From Octopus vulgaris (taxonomy: Eukaryota), in assembly GCA_951406725.2 (NCBI GenBank), contig OX597815.1, positions 167,648,001-167,712,000 of the forward strand: a DNA stretch of 64,000 nt, given 5' to 3'. The notes beneath the pieces are model-generated. The model worked only from the letters and a program-made list of their open reading frames with translations. It did not search any database and was not told the DNA's origin. Made by a program: the position numbers and the translations under genes. This document shows, piece by piece, positions 1 to 13,269 of this stretch (positions are counted from its first letter, which is position 1; every line of letters begins with the position of its first letter).

Positions 1-571
1 CACAGTTTGATTTTCGTTTGTTTGACATTTTACGAAATGAGGCGTGTCCTTATCTGCCGTAACTTTCGTACGATCTCGACAGTATTTAAGTAAAATACCT
101 ATCCGCCTTTGGGAGATATCTTATAAATACCACTGATCTACAGGACAGTGACAACAACAATAACAAGAATAAATATTAAACAACAAAATCAGTAAACTTC
201 GTCTAGACACATAAGTTTGAAGAAAACGAAGAGACATTCAAGTTGGTGGGACAGAGAGGGAGGTGGAGATGCTAGAAAAGAAAAAAAGAAAAACAATATC
301 AGGTGGAATGAGAAAACGAGGACCAATTGAATATAGCTTTATACCAGCTAACGTTACAGTTGTTTTATAGACACAGGTTATCCATGATTAAGAAATCTAT
401 AATCAAAGACGTTCCAACCGAGAACATTCCGCCCCTATTTTTGACATAATGTATCTGGAATAAAATTAGTAGATGTATCATTTGTGATTTTTTTCCAAGC
501 TACATATAGGCTCAGTCGTTGAAATTTCAACGTGGTTGGAGATAATGATGATTATGATATTCACACTCCTC

Positions 572-605
<34 letters not shown>

Positions 606-1949
606 ATTTCTTTTGTTTTCTTCTTCTTCCCAAGCAGTTCTGAGGAGCAAAGGCCATTAAGGTAGTGATAGAAAGCAATCTTTTTGAGTGTCCTTTACCT
701 GGATGCAGACTAGCTTGTCTGTGTGTGCAGCAGCTTCCTCCCAAAAATAAGAGTCATACTTCATTCTGACCATCACCTGAGATTTATAGAATGTTAATAA
801 TTGTTGGTGGTTGACGAATCCCTTGTCTCCGAATAGAAGTGCCAGTCGTTGGGAGAGGGTTCCGAACTATGTTAAGGATTAGTTTTCGCCAGTTGTGATC
901 CTCGATGGTAGGGATTCTCTATATTTACAGCAACCGGGAAGAATTAAGTTGTTTATCTTTAATGGGGATGGGATGCGCCGATACTGTCTTGATATGAAGA
1001 GCATGTGTGTTTACTGTTGAAAGAGACAAGGATGGTACATATCCACTTGAGGATGCTTTCGAGGTGTCTGTCCAAGGATTCAGTGCGGGTGTTTTTTATG
1101 CGGTGATGGGGTGTCATAGTTACATGTGGATGATGCATTGGGGAAATATGGAGAAAATTTCGACTCCTTTCTACTACATAAAGATGCTTTCAGCAAAGCC
1201 CAAAGTTGCATATTTTAGACCTAGATTTTTGGTTTATTTTTTTAAAATAATTTTATCTAATTCCATTGTTCTTACAACGTTAGAATAGATTTAATTCATT
1301 GTTTGAATAACGTTCGTAGATTTTGCAATACTGAATTGTAATCATTCTAACATTGCAGATGTAATATTCCATTTCCATTTTATATTATCCATTAACTGAA
1401 AATTCGTAGAAACGTTCCTCTTGCGCATATTAGTGAAGCATTTCTATTTTGCTGTGGGTTTTTTGGGTTTTGTTTTTTTTTCTTTTTTGTCGGAAACCTA
1501 TGAAATGACCTTACAATCGTTTTCACTTTTTAATATTTCTATGAATCTTTATTTCCGCTTATAGCTGAGTACGAAATGTCTTGGACATATTTTCCCCATT
1601 CTACATTTGTTCTATCATTGAGAGTATTTCAGGGCTTAGTCGCTCCATTTTCTAGTAATTCATTCTCGTTTTCTCATTCTAGATATCATGCTTTCCAGTC
1701 AGATGTTAGAAAGGTCACAATTTGAGTACTTGAAACGGTCAAACGATTTTAGGAAGCTGTTTTTAACTTTAGTGCGAATTGATTGTAGATGTGTAATTTC
1801 CCGTGGAGATAGAATTTTAACTCTATGAGTTAGGTGTTTACGAGCAATAAATCTCATGATAATATTTTGAAAAGCTTCAAAATTTGATCTTTCTCAGCCA
1901 TAATATATCTTAACATTGGGAGTTATTTGTATTCCATTAAGTTTTCAAA

Positions 1950-2700
1950 ACGTGTTCTCTTTTTTTAGCAAAAGCTGTCCATGCTAGTGTCATTCAGCGG
2001 TTGACAACTCTATTATTGCTTGCAGCTGATAGATTAGGCGTTAGACAAATTCAAGAACTTTCTTTTTAGGTCTACAATAAATTGTTATACCAAGATTGGC
2101 TGTATTTTATCTGTAATCGTAAACACAATCTTGTCAAGATTAATTTGGAGACCCACTTATTTTGCATTTGCAGCTGTTGTTAAGGAAATCTAGAAGGCAA
2201 ACAACGTCATTGTTAATAGCAGCAATATCATCTGCATAACTCAGGTTAAAGATTATTTGACCCAAGAAGAAAACTTAGTACTTCCGTTTTTTTTCCTTTT
2301 TTTACAAAACAGCCCTCACTACAACGCAGAAGAAGTTAACCAACAAAATTCCGTTTTGTATAACATCTTACATTATATTCACAAATTTACATGTGCCAAC
2401 ATTCGTCTTTATTCAAGATTGTGAACCTTTATATCCTGATCTAAGGAGGGTGAAGTGATCTTTTTGGTTAGGATTGGCATCTTCATAACTATGAACAGGT
2501 GTATACTATCAAAAGCACTGGTGAAATGGACGAAAACAATATGAATTGGGTGTTGAATTCAATTCTTTTTACCTATTATTTCCATCGATTTAAATATTTC
2601 TCCAACCGATTGTAGAATAACCCACCTTTATTTTGAATCTTCATTCTCTTTGTGCCACCAGTCTTACATACTAAACTCACATCCTACATTTTCAATTAGA
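1950..2700 (-). pseudogene. Degraded non-LTR retrotransposon reverse transcriptase (RTE/CR1-like LINE remnant)
   Basis: Minus-strand translation gives RT motifs in the correct order: IVFVHFTSAFDSIH (2540-2499), FNLSYADDIAA (YADD at 2238-2227), VGLQINLDK (2156-2130). Interrupted by stops and frameshifts. Confidence 0.8.
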
Positions 2701-2875
2701 TATTTGTCTAATAGATTTTTCTTAGCCCGTATCCTTCTGGAGAGCCTTGACAGTTTACCTGCTTATATAAGGAAGGACCCATTCGTAAAAATTTTATAAT
2801 AAACTTGTGTTGAATGTTATCGTTATATCTAATCGTAGACATTGTGACAATAGAAAAAAAAAAGATTATACTTAT

Positions 2876-2877
<2 letters not shown>

Positions 2878-2942
<65 letters not shown>

Positions 2943-2960
2943 TGCGTGCGTGTGTGTGTT
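2878..2960. repeat. (GT)n microsatellite
   Basis: Direct reading. Confidence 0.97.
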
Positions 2961-3299
2961 GTTATATCTTGCATGCAATGATGTTATCATGAAGTGCCCC
3001 ATACCTTGATATAGACCTTAATTATTATACATATTTGTAAAGACCGAATGATATACTAGTAAATGAAACCTGAACGAAAATCAATATATTGGACATTAAT
3101 ATTTGATCTTTACATATAACTGGCAAAAAGACCAACCTCTGAGCAGCTTTCTGCTTGACACTTGATAATACTTTCACTTTTGATTCTCAATTCTAATAAT
3201 TTTCATGATATTTTACGTCTAATTATTTCTTCGTATAATAGTGCTCACTTGCTTAGTAAATATTGCTTTCATTATTTTATCAGTCATAAGCTTTCTCTT

Positions 3300-4630
3300 T
3301 TAAACAAACATCAAGATAATTCAACTACGTTTAGTGTATAAAAAAATGTAGCATAGAAATATTTTGACACCTATAGCGTATCAAATAGGCATAGCAACAA
3401 ATTCACTTAATTATTCTTAGCTATCGACGGAAAAGAAATATGTCGCATGAGTTCGAAGCTTTAGTAAGTTTAAATATGTTGTCCAATATAATGTTTTCCA
3501 GTGTCTATAAACAATAAACTGGGGGGCATTTACACAGAGAATTTAAGACAACAAAATACCTGATTTCCTCATCTGAAATAAAGAAATAAAACTTGAAATG
3601 AAAATTTGCAATGAATATATATTAAGTAAATTATCATTAATGAAAACAATTAGAGGCGAGAGAGAGAGAGGGGGAACGGAGGGAGAGAATGAGAGACTGT
3701 GTTGCAAATAAAAATGAAAAATTTTGCCGAATCATAATATTGTTTATCAAATGTTAAAACCTTCCCTGCAGTGAACGCAAAGCTTGGTAACGAATATATA
3801 AATTTGTGATATTAGATAACAGGTGCTTCGAATCTGCCTTTTTATTAATGAATTTATTAAAATTTTCAAGAGAGTCAAACCTATAAAAGCTAAAAACTAT
3901 CTTGTACCGAATGTTTAAATTTGTGAACATGAAATATTCAATAATAAAAGGAAGTTAAGAAAGTAAATTTTCCTGAAAACTTTAATTCATAAAAAATCTC
4001 ATTTGTTTCGTAAATATTTCTGTAAGTTATCGTAGTTGTAATATACATCTAATTTAAACAAATGTCAAGGTAACCCAACTACGTTTAGCGTGCTAGAAAT
4101 AGCAGCAATCATATAGTTATTATTGTAAGGCTTATAGCGTTCCGAACAGCCATACCAACAAAATTACTTCTTAATTTAAAACAATTATACCGGTGTATTA
4201 AAAAATTTTCATTTTATCAAAAATATTCATTTAACAAACTCTGGAAACTGATATTCTTGAAATTGCGCCTTGTGTCATAAGCCTCAAAGTTATACAGCTA
4301 TTTTATCTAATAGCATTCATTCATTCAATAAATATTTTTTTTTTACATTACGTATATAGAATAAACTGTGGATTTTGCAAACAGCAAATTAAAACTTGAA
4401 ATGAAAAACATTGGGATGAATACATATTAAATCATCGTTAATGAAAATACAGGCGACAGAGAGTGAGAGAATCTTGCAAATGAATAATATTTTTTATGAA
4501 ACATTAAAATCTACTCCACGGTGAATGCAACGAATATTTAAATTTATGAAAATTTGTAGTTCAAATATTCAATAAACTTCAGAAATCGAAAGTACAGGAA
4601 ATTTCCTGGAACATGAATATACAAAAAAAA
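3300..4630. repeat. Old diverged tandem duplication (~750 bp unit plus a shorter copy)
   Basis: Colinear anchors: caactacgtttag (~3322/~4076), aaaacttgaaatgaaaa (~3587/~4391), gtgaacgcaa/gtgaatgcaa (~3771/~4521), aaatattcaata (~3932/~4563). Confidence 0.75.
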
Positions 4631-5126
4631 ATTCCAGACGGTCAAGCCTTTAATAATTGTTTTCTTTTAGTAACTGTTACATATCTAATTGATAAACAGC
4701 TTCCTCTGTTATAATATAGTTGGATACTCACTATCGCAAACATTAAATTTCTTCTATTTATCTGAAATAGAAGAAGTTAAATTATGACATAGAATAATAC
4801 AGTTTTAAAAATCAAAATCTTCGTTTCATTTTATTACCGAATTTCACTGTAAATATAATTGCTTTTCTTTCCACTCAGCTACATTAAAAGTTTCCTACAG
4901 TCACTCATATCATTTCCAATTTTCGTCTCACAAACAAAAGCACATAGCAAATTACTGTGGTATATCTGAGAGCGCGCGCGCGTGCGCGTGTGTGTTTGTG
5001 TATGTGTGTGTGCGTTTGTGTCTGTGTGTGTGTGTGAATATACAAGAAGTATAAATATTATTAAAAATAATATTACTATCCAGCAAGAAGAAAACACCAT
5101 AAAACGTAGAATTATAAACATACAAA

Positions 5127-5790
5127 GCTGATGTACACGAACATTGCTAGAAATAGCAGCCGGTAAGCTATCGATGCTATGTAGAGCTTCACTGAATGTT
5201 TGTAGGCAGAGAAGTGTGCGGGCGGTGAATATAGGAAAATTTCGTCTTACCTCCACGGAGACCGTTAGAGGAATGAAGGATAATTCAATACTGCAGTTTC
5301 AAACTTTTTAGATCACGTGCGTGAGCGCGAATCTGATTGGTCATCTTCAGTTGAATCTATCCTTCATGACAAAATGTTTAAATATTCACTACATCTCTGC
5401 CTGTTTACTCGGCTGACATCCCCATTTAAAATCAGAACTAAGATTAGTGAAAAGATATTTATATTTCTTGCATATCTTTACCCTGATCTTGGTTCTGATT
5501 TTAACTGGGGATTTCAGCCGAATAAACAGGTAGAATTTTGTCGTCGAGGGTAGATCCAACTTCAGATGAGCAATCGGATTTGCGCTCATGTATGTGATCC
5601 AAAAAGTTTGCAACTTTGGTACTGAATTATCCTCCATTTCTCTAACGGTCTCCGTGGAGGTAAGACGGGATTTTCCTGCATTCACCGCCTACAAACATCT
5701 CTGCCTGTAAACATTCAGTGAAGCTCTACATAGCACCGATAGCTTACCGGCTGCTATTTCTAGCAATGATCATAGTTCGTGTACATCAGC
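5127..5790. mobile_element. Foldback MITE-like element, almost fully palindromic (~660 bp)
   Basis: gctgatgtacacgaac...gttcgtgtacatcagc termini; arms remain complementary with mismatches to a centre near 5462. Confidence 0.8.
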
Positions 5791-5806
5791 ATTTTATATT
5801 TACATG

Positions 5807-5807
<1 letters not shown>

Positions 5808-5846
<39 letters not shown>

Positions 5847-6154
5847 GATATACATAGATATACGCACTCACACACACACACGCACACACACACATACACG
5901 CACACACACACACACATACAAATATACATATACATATATACATACATATATATAGGGAGAGTTTACGAAAAAAACAAAAGACGAAGACGGGTGGTGTACA
6001 AAGCAAACAGATGTATTAGTATAACGCTCAGGAAAAGAAAAAGTCTTTTACGTTTCGAGCCTACTCTCTTATACAGAAAGGGACACAGAAAAAACAAGGA
6101 GAGAAACAAGGAGAGAAAAAAATGTGTGTAGTGTCTAACGATCTATCACGGCGA

Positions 6155-6213
<59 letters not shown>

Positions 6214-6354
6214 CACATATATATATCCACACACATGCATGCGTACATGCTTACATACCTACATACATGCATGCATACATACATGCATACATACATACAT
6301 ACATACATACATACATACATACATACATACATACATACATACATACATACATAC
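5808..6354. repeat. Compound TA/CA/TACA microsatellites containing a ~200-bp insert
   Basis: Direct reading. Confidence 0.9.
5953..6158 (-). mobile_element. Short (TA)n-embedded repeat with hammerhead-like motif (Penelope pLTR-like)
   Basis: Minus strand cttt-CTGTATAA-GAGAGTAGGCTC-GAAAC-GTA-aaag; related copies near 8420 and 52345. Confidence 0.55.
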
Positions 6355-7083
6355 GCGAAAGAACGTATATATTTGTTCTACAATAGTTTCTCGTACGTGT
6401 TGTAAACGATATTTTGTCCCAAGTTTTTGTTGTTGCTTTTGTTTTTACACCTTTGGGGTTGAGAGACTACAACAGCAAATATGGGAATGACGATGACTAT
6501 GATAATAACTTAGGTAAGAAATGATGTCGGACTAAAGAGCATGGTGTCTAATGCTTTTGACATCGTTTTGTGTAGGCAGGCCGACTCCAACTGGACTTTA
6601 ATCTGTGTTATATGAGCTCACAGGCCAAGATAAGCTTGGCCGACACTATTTTAAACAAGATACATATTTTTTCTCTCCTTTTGTTTGTATGTAACTTGTG
6701 ACAGGTCTACTTCGGTGGAGAGTGAACTGTTTGCGTTTGTTATTTTTCGGTTTTGTTTTCTCTTTTATTTTGTCTGTTATATGATTTTCATTTGTGTGTG
6801 GTAGGTATTTTTGTTTTGCTTTGCGAATGTTGAGGATTTGATATTCGTCTTTTCGTTTATATTGCTTTATTGTTTTATTTACATTGAGTGAAAGTTGACC
6901 TGCAGTGTGTGATTTTTATCATCACTGAATATACATATCGATTTCTTACATTTAACATATAATACAGGAATCTGCAGGAGATTTCTGTAAGCAATTGAAC
7001 CAACCAACATATTACTAGTATGTGTTTTTCAATTATTCTAAATTCATTTCAATGGGATTTGGATTCAAATGCAAAAGGACTTA

Positions 7084-7606
7084 CCGTAAATCCTCGAGTA
7101 TAGTCGGCCCTTCAGTATAATACGCAAGGGATTTTTAGGGGGCTGTACCTCTGAAAAACCTAAACCTCGTGTATAAAACGCACCCCTTCTCTAGCTTGAG
7201 TCAAGGAGGTCTATATAACGTCCTTGCTTTGTAAAAATGTATATGGTAACGTTCTTTATTATTATTGTATATATAACATAATGCAAACGTGTAGCTTTTT
7301 TGTGCATTTTCTTTTGCAGAACATAAAGAAATAACAGTAATAACAGTAATAACGTTCAATAAATGTTGCTTACTGCAAGTTATGGGTGATTCTTTTATGA
7401 CTTCATTGCTTTCAGGCTTAGCTTAAGGTATTTTCGCGCCCGACATCACAAAATGCATCTGAATAAACATTGCCGGACAGCAAATAGAGACTCGGACATT
7501 GCTTTAAAAAAAAGTTTTCATTTTTAACCTCGTATATAGTACGTACCAGGGATTTTGACCTTTAAATTTTGGGGATAAAATGTGGATTATACTTGAGGAT
7601 TTACGG
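7084..7606. mobile_element. Tc1/mariner-pogo-type MITE
   Basis: TIR ccgtaaatcctcgagtata / tatacttgaggatttacgg, flanked by TA on both sides (7082-83, 7607-08). Confidence 0.85.
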
Positions 7607-7676
7607 TAATAAAATACCGCGAGATATATCGCCTGACATGCTACGGTTTCTGCTATTCTATGGTTTTACTCTCAAC

Positions 7677-7931
7677 CAGGGATTCTCAACCGGCGTCCAT
7701 ATGACCATAGGGGTTCCTCATAAGATTTTGCTGTTAAACTTTATGTGCAATAAATTGGTTATATTCCTGTAATGCATAAAATATTTTAACATTTTCTAAA
7801 TACAATTCTTAGTAATATCTAATTATAAAAATATACTGGACATTTTTCAAACATTAAATTTTCTTTAGGAACCAGTAGAATAAAATAGAGATCATAGGGA
7901 TCCATAGGCAAAAAGTAATTGAAAACCACTG
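7677..7931. mobile_element. hAT (Charlie-like) MITE
   Basis: TIR cagggattctcaa / ttgaaaaccactg; 8-bp TSD ctctcaac / ctctaaac; a partial reversed relative lies near 25460-25587. Confidence 0.75.
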
Positions 7932-8228
7932 CTCTAAACCAATATATTATTTGGATTTATTTTATCAAATTGGGGTCAGTAAAAGGTAAATGTTCACATG
8001 TAAGATACAAAGAAATATTGAATTCGATGCTCAAAATTATGTGCAAACCTTGATTTCTGTGTTTAGTGCGTATACAACCGAAGAAAGTTGATTTGTTCTG
8101 TTAATACTCAGTATTGTTTATTAAATCTAAATGCAGAATATGAGGACAAATAGACAAGATATTAATTTCGCCGAATTTTCAGAAATTAACTGATGTTTAA
8201 TGTTACGTTTGTAGATAAATTATACATA

Positions 8229-8259
<31 letters not shown>

Positions 8260-8329
8260 TTTTTTGGAGGGGTGAAATTGGAAGTAGTTAAATATATAGA
8301 CAGTAGTGTGTAAATATTAGAATAAAATG

Positions 8330-8505
8330 TGTGTGAATGGTTCAAAAATAAGAACAAAGATGAGATGAGAACAACAGATAAGATATATATAGACTTACAC
8401 TCAGGAACATTGGAAGAAGTATTTAACGTTTCGAGCCTAAGCTCTTCTCCGAAAAGGATAGATGAGAAGAGAAAAAACATGAAGAGAAAGAAATCCAACG
8501 TGTCT
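8330..8505 (-). mobile_element. Short repeat with hammerhead-like motif (relative of 5953-6158)
   Basis: Minus strand tttt-CGGAGAA-GAGCTTAGGCTC-GAAAC-GTTA-aatac; shares the ctcaggaa anchor with the 5953 copy. Confidence 0.5.
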
Positions 8506-9362
8506 GAATTAAACCATCACTGCATGCATTTAATAGTAGTCTTTCCTTAACCTAAGTTACCGCTAAGGGACCAATTATCATGTTTTCTAACCGTATTCAC
8601 TCGTTCTTTAATTTGGTGTGTAGGATAACATATATATATCTTCGAACAGATGCAGTCTTTTAGAATTTTTTTTGTTTTTTGACAAATGTTAAATAGAAAA
8701 TGTAATGTGTATTTGCCAATGGCTAAGACCAACGGAAGAAAGACAAAAGACATCCGAAATAAATGAATGTAGATAGATTTATTGTGTTTTTAGCAATTTT
8801 AGTTTGTCCAATATCGTTTTAGTTCCAATATAGGAAGCATAATGAGGAAACAAACTGATGATCGATTAATGATTATGGGTCGTTGCTGAATGAAGATTTA
8901 GCGATTAAGTATATAAATAGGTTACTTTTGAACCATCCCTAATGAAGCCTGTAATTGTTCAGAACTAAAATATTTCCTGAGTTTGAGGCGAAAAATTTAG
9001 TTTTTAATCCCACTTTAGCGTTTTGAGGATTTTATTCGAAATGTTGATAGCTATTTTGTTTTCAATATTGCAATTTCGACACAATTTTTGACACACGTTC
9101 TGAAGAGGAATCTCTAAATGAAAATACTTCCAAATATTATGTATCTATGGGCAAAACAATTTGCTAATACGTGTACTGTATTATTTACTGGACGTTCGCT
9201 TACTATTTATAAACCAAATGGAGAAACCGGATCCTTAACAGGAATCATAAGTGGTAAGATCCGGATAGCGCTTCAGTCATGGGTTTCGTAAGAGGTCTAC
9301 TGTTTAAATTGTTGATAAGAACACTCACCCTCTCTCTCTCTCTCCCCGTTCCCATCTCTCTG

Positions 9363-9366
<4 letters not shown>

Positions 9367-9416
<50 letters not shown>

Positions 9417-9444
9417 TATAGATATAGATAGCTAGCTAGCTAGC

Positions 9445-9542
<98 letters not shown>

Positions 9543-9547
9543 CATAT

Positions 9548-9635
<88 letters not shown>

Positions 9636-9714
9636 ATATGTATCTATCTATCTAGCCATCTATCTATCTAGCTAGCTAGCTAGCTAGCTAGCTATATCTA
9701 TATCTATCTATCTA

Positions 9715-9760
<46 letters not shown>
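9367..9760. repeat. Compound TA/GCTA/GATA/TACA microsatellite arranged as an inverted repeat
   Basis: Block order TA-GCTA-GATA-TACA-(TA)n-TGTA-TCTA-GCTA-TA mirrors itself. Confidence 0.85.
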
Positions 9761-9763
<3 letters not shown>

Positions 9764-9929
9764 AATGAGATAGGGGTTGAAAATTCAACCCACCATGGGA
9801 TAATATATATCCAATATACTGCTAGATAGGTACCCAACAAAATTAATACATAGATGTTAAAAATTGTCAAGCAATCAGTTCATCTATTGTATTAAATGGG
9901 TAAAGGTAATAATATTACCGTAAATTAAT

Positions 9930-10283
9930 ACTACAAAATTAGAGAATGGAGAAACATACTTAAATCAGTAAAACATCAACTATCCGATGATACTCAATCC
10001 ATACTTTAATACACCATTACATATGAGTAAAGGCAATATATAAAATGAAATGAGATATACAGTAATAGTAAAAAGATAAAGAGATATAAGTAAAAAATTT
10101 CAAATATATTTGAAATTTTTTACTTATATCTCTTTATCTTTTTACTATTACTGTATATCTCATTTCATTTTATATATTGCCTTTACTCATATGTAATGGT
10201 GTATTAAAGTATGGATTGAGTATCATCGGATAGTTGATGTTTTACTGATTTAAGTATGTTTCTCCATTCTCTAATTTTGTAGT
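9930..10283. repeat. Perfect spacerless palindrome, 177-bp arms
   Basis: actacaaaatt...caaata|tatttg...aattttgtagt; centre at 10106/10107; no mismatch seen in the blocks compared. Confidence 0.95.
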
Positions 10284-10539
10284 TATATATATATATATAT
10301 ATATACGTGCATAGGGAGAGGGGGAAGGCCTGTGTGTGCAGTAAGTGTAAAGCTGAGTAAAACTGTATAGAGTGTGTGTAAACATGTTCAAATACACTCA
10401 GTTATGTATACACATATTTTATGAGATATACATAAATATAATCTAAACTTATTTCATAGAGTTAAACTGAGAGGATACTGGAAAAATCCTTCAGAGTCCT
10501 TATCTTAACTTGTAGGTCTCGCTCTCTTTCTAGCTTTCT

Positions 10540-11070
10540 CTCAACCCCACTTGTCATTTCCCCTTCTCTCAAATTTTTTCCTTTACCATATTTCCTTCGC
10601 TCACCCCTACACACATTCACACACGCGCATGCGTACACTCTCTTCATTATATTCTTTCTCTTTTTTCCATCCGTCATCTCTCTCCTCCATCACTCTTCCC
10701 TTTCCCCTCCTGTCTCTCTCTCTTTTTTTCTCTCACATTCTCTCCTCTTCTTTTATCTCTCCCCGTCTCTCCATCTCTCATCCTGTCTTCATCTCTTTTC
10801 TTGTCATTCCCGCTCTCCAGCAGTCTCTCCCTCTCTTTCCCGCTCTCCGTCCATTCTTCTCTCTCCTCCTCTCTCCCTTTCTCTCCCTCTTTCCTCCTGT
10901 CTCTCCCTCTCGCCCTTTCCTTCTCCCCTCTTGTCTCGTCTCTCTGTTTCTCTCTTTTCCTCTCTTTTGTCTCTCCCTCTCTTTTCCTGCTATTGCTTCT
11001 CTCTCTCCTTGTCTGCTCCTCTCTCTCTTCTTTCACCTTCTCTCCGTCTCTCTTCTTCTCTCTCCCTCTC
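10540..11070. repeat. Degenerate CT-rich polypyrimidine tract
   Basis: Direct reading; source of the L/S/F and E/R-rich ORFs. Confidence 0.9.
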
Positions 11071-11780
11071 GAGTGTGTGCTGATTCATCTGTATACATAA
11101 ACAGATACAGGAAATTACACATATACACGTGCCTCATAGATGAATGGCATGGAAAAAGAACACTGGAAATTTCAAGAGAAGAGAGGCGAGAAAGAAACTT
11201 GAGACATCTCATGTTCTCTACTTGTTAAATTAATATGACGGGAAAATTATTCTGGAAAAGTTTAGTATTACTGAACATGAGAATTATATCCGAGTATAAG
11301 TGGACGTTCATACTGATATCGTATAATGGAAGATGACACTCTGATGGCGAACCTGACATCAATCTGTTTGTTTATTTTTGGTTTTAGCAGAAAACTGACC
11401 AATAAAACATGATGTGTGCTGGATAATACAAGAAAGAACTGATACGCCAAAGGAGCCGATTTATGGATAGATGAAAGGAATATGCTTACTACATAATAAC
11501 TGGTGACAGTAAAGCAGAGGTGCATTGAAGACCTGTCACAAGGCATTTTCCAATTCGAATGAAACTACTATCCAGAAAGCTAAGTGTAACTAAGGAAGCA
11601 TTGAAAATATATTTGTAGAAAACAAAAAATATCAAAAATATCAAAAATATCAAAAAATAAACAAGGAGGGTGATTTATTCAAGTTTTATAACTATAAAGG
11701 GTAACGGATGATGAACAAGCGTGGTCAAGTGCGGAATCAGTAGAAATTCGTAGACAAATTTAACAATATTTAGTGAAGTT

Positions 11781-11998
11781 AAGGCGGTGAGGTGGCAGAA
11801 TCGCTAGCTTGCCAAAGAGGATGCTTAGCGGCATTTCGTCTGTCTTTACTTTCTAAGTTCAAATTCGGCTGGCGTTGACTTTGCCTTTTCTCCTTTCAGG
11901 GTCGATAAAATAAGTATTAGTAGAGCACTGAGGTCAATGTAATCGACTAATCCTCTCCCCCGAAATTGTTGGCCTTGTACCAAAATGTGAAACCAATA
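11781..11998 (+). mobile_element. SINE family A (aaggcggcgagctggcagaa head), diverged copy
   Basis: Head, B-box-like agttcaaatt, central gactttgccttt..cctttc.gggtcgataaa domain. Confidence 0.85.
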
Positions 11999-12231
11999 TT
12001 TAGTCAAGTTCTTTTACATTTTGAGTTCAAATATTACTGAAGTCGACACCATTTTCATCTTTTCAGAGTCAACAAATAATCTAAAAGCAACTACTAACTG
12101 TATATAAAGCTAAACTGGCACAAACATTGAATATGATGCAACTATCAATTTGGAACTATTCAAGAGGAACATAAAACCACAGCAATCTCACAGGTTTTTA
12201 CCCCTAAATCATACAATTTTTACCCCTAAAT

Positions 12232-12416
12232 CATTGCTCCGCAACCGGTATGTCACAGCACACTGGTGTGCCACGAGACGATGGTAGGTGTGCTGCAGTG
12301 TAACCTGATCATAATTCTTACCCTATACTTTTAGTAATATTTTTAGTTTAGGTTTGCTGCCGAATTTTTAAAGAAATATAAGTGTACCGCAAGTGATAAA
12401 AGGTTGCGGAGCACTA
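12232..12416. mobile_element. hAT-type MITE
   Basis: TIR cattgctccgcaacc / ggttgcggagcacta; no TSD recognisable. Confidence 0.65.
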
Positions 12417-12517
12417 CTCAAGACAAAACCCATAATAATTGGAAGTGAAAGTCAAATATCACCACTGTATAATTATTATAATTAGCTTTATGATACTATA
12501 TTATGATCCTCGCAATA

Positions 12518-12800
12518 ACTACAGAAATATGCTAAATAAGTAACTTAACTATAATATTTTATCTATAACTTATTTTGCAAGTCACTCCGTGCCCACTTTC
12601 AACTGGAACACTCATCGTAACCGACGGAGAGCCAGACCTTCTATAACTACTGGATAAATAAGAATCGATTCCAGTGTTGCGTATTATCTCTCGTTCTGTT
12701 CCTGGGAGTCAATTTGCCAATACTAAACAAGCAATGTTTCTATCACATTTCTTTTTTTATTATTATGAAGGTGGCGAGCTGGCTCAAAGGCGGCGAGCTG
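12518..12800 (+). repeat. ~280-bp segment duplicated at 17655-17975
   Basis: Colinear match (gtcactccgtgc..cactttcaact..cgtaaccgacggagagcca); both copies run into iterated SINE A heads. Confidence 0.85.
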
Positions 12801-13250
12801 GCTCAACGGTGACAGTGAGCTGGATAAAAGGCAGTGAGCTGGCAGAAACGTTAGCGCGCCGGGCGAAATGCTTAGCAGTATTTCGTCTGCCGCTACGTTC
12901 TGAGTTCAAATTCCGCCGAGGTCGACTTTGCCTTTCATCTTTCGAGGTCGATAAATTAAGTACCAGTTACGCACTTGGGTCGATCTAATCGAATTAATCC
13001 GTTTGTCTGTCCTTGTTTGTCCCCTCTATGTTTAGCCCCTTGTGGGCAATAAAGAAATGAGAATCGTTAGCACGCTGGACGAAATAGCGGTATTTTGTCT
13101 GTTTTCACGTTCAAATTCGGGTGAGGTTGACTTTGCCTTTCATCCTTTCGGGGTCGGTAAATCTATTACCAGTGAAATACTGGGGTCGATGTAATCGACT
13201 ATCTCCCTCCCCAAAATTTCAAACCTTGTGTGTATAGGAGGGAGGATTAC
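12768..13250 (+). mobile_element. SINE family A dimer preceded by iterated heads
   Basis: Four gg(c/t)g(g)cgagctgg-type heads, a full body and a second body. Confidence 0.9.
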
Positions 13251-13269
13251 TATCACTGTTGTTTACTTT

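Noticed and set aside
6610-6650. ggccaag/cttggcc hairpin followed by gacac as a hammerhead
   Set aside because: Both core strands are too degenerate to call
10462-11228. 225-aa hydrophobic ORF and overlapping E/R-rich ORFs
   Set aside because: Product of the CT-rich low-complexity tract
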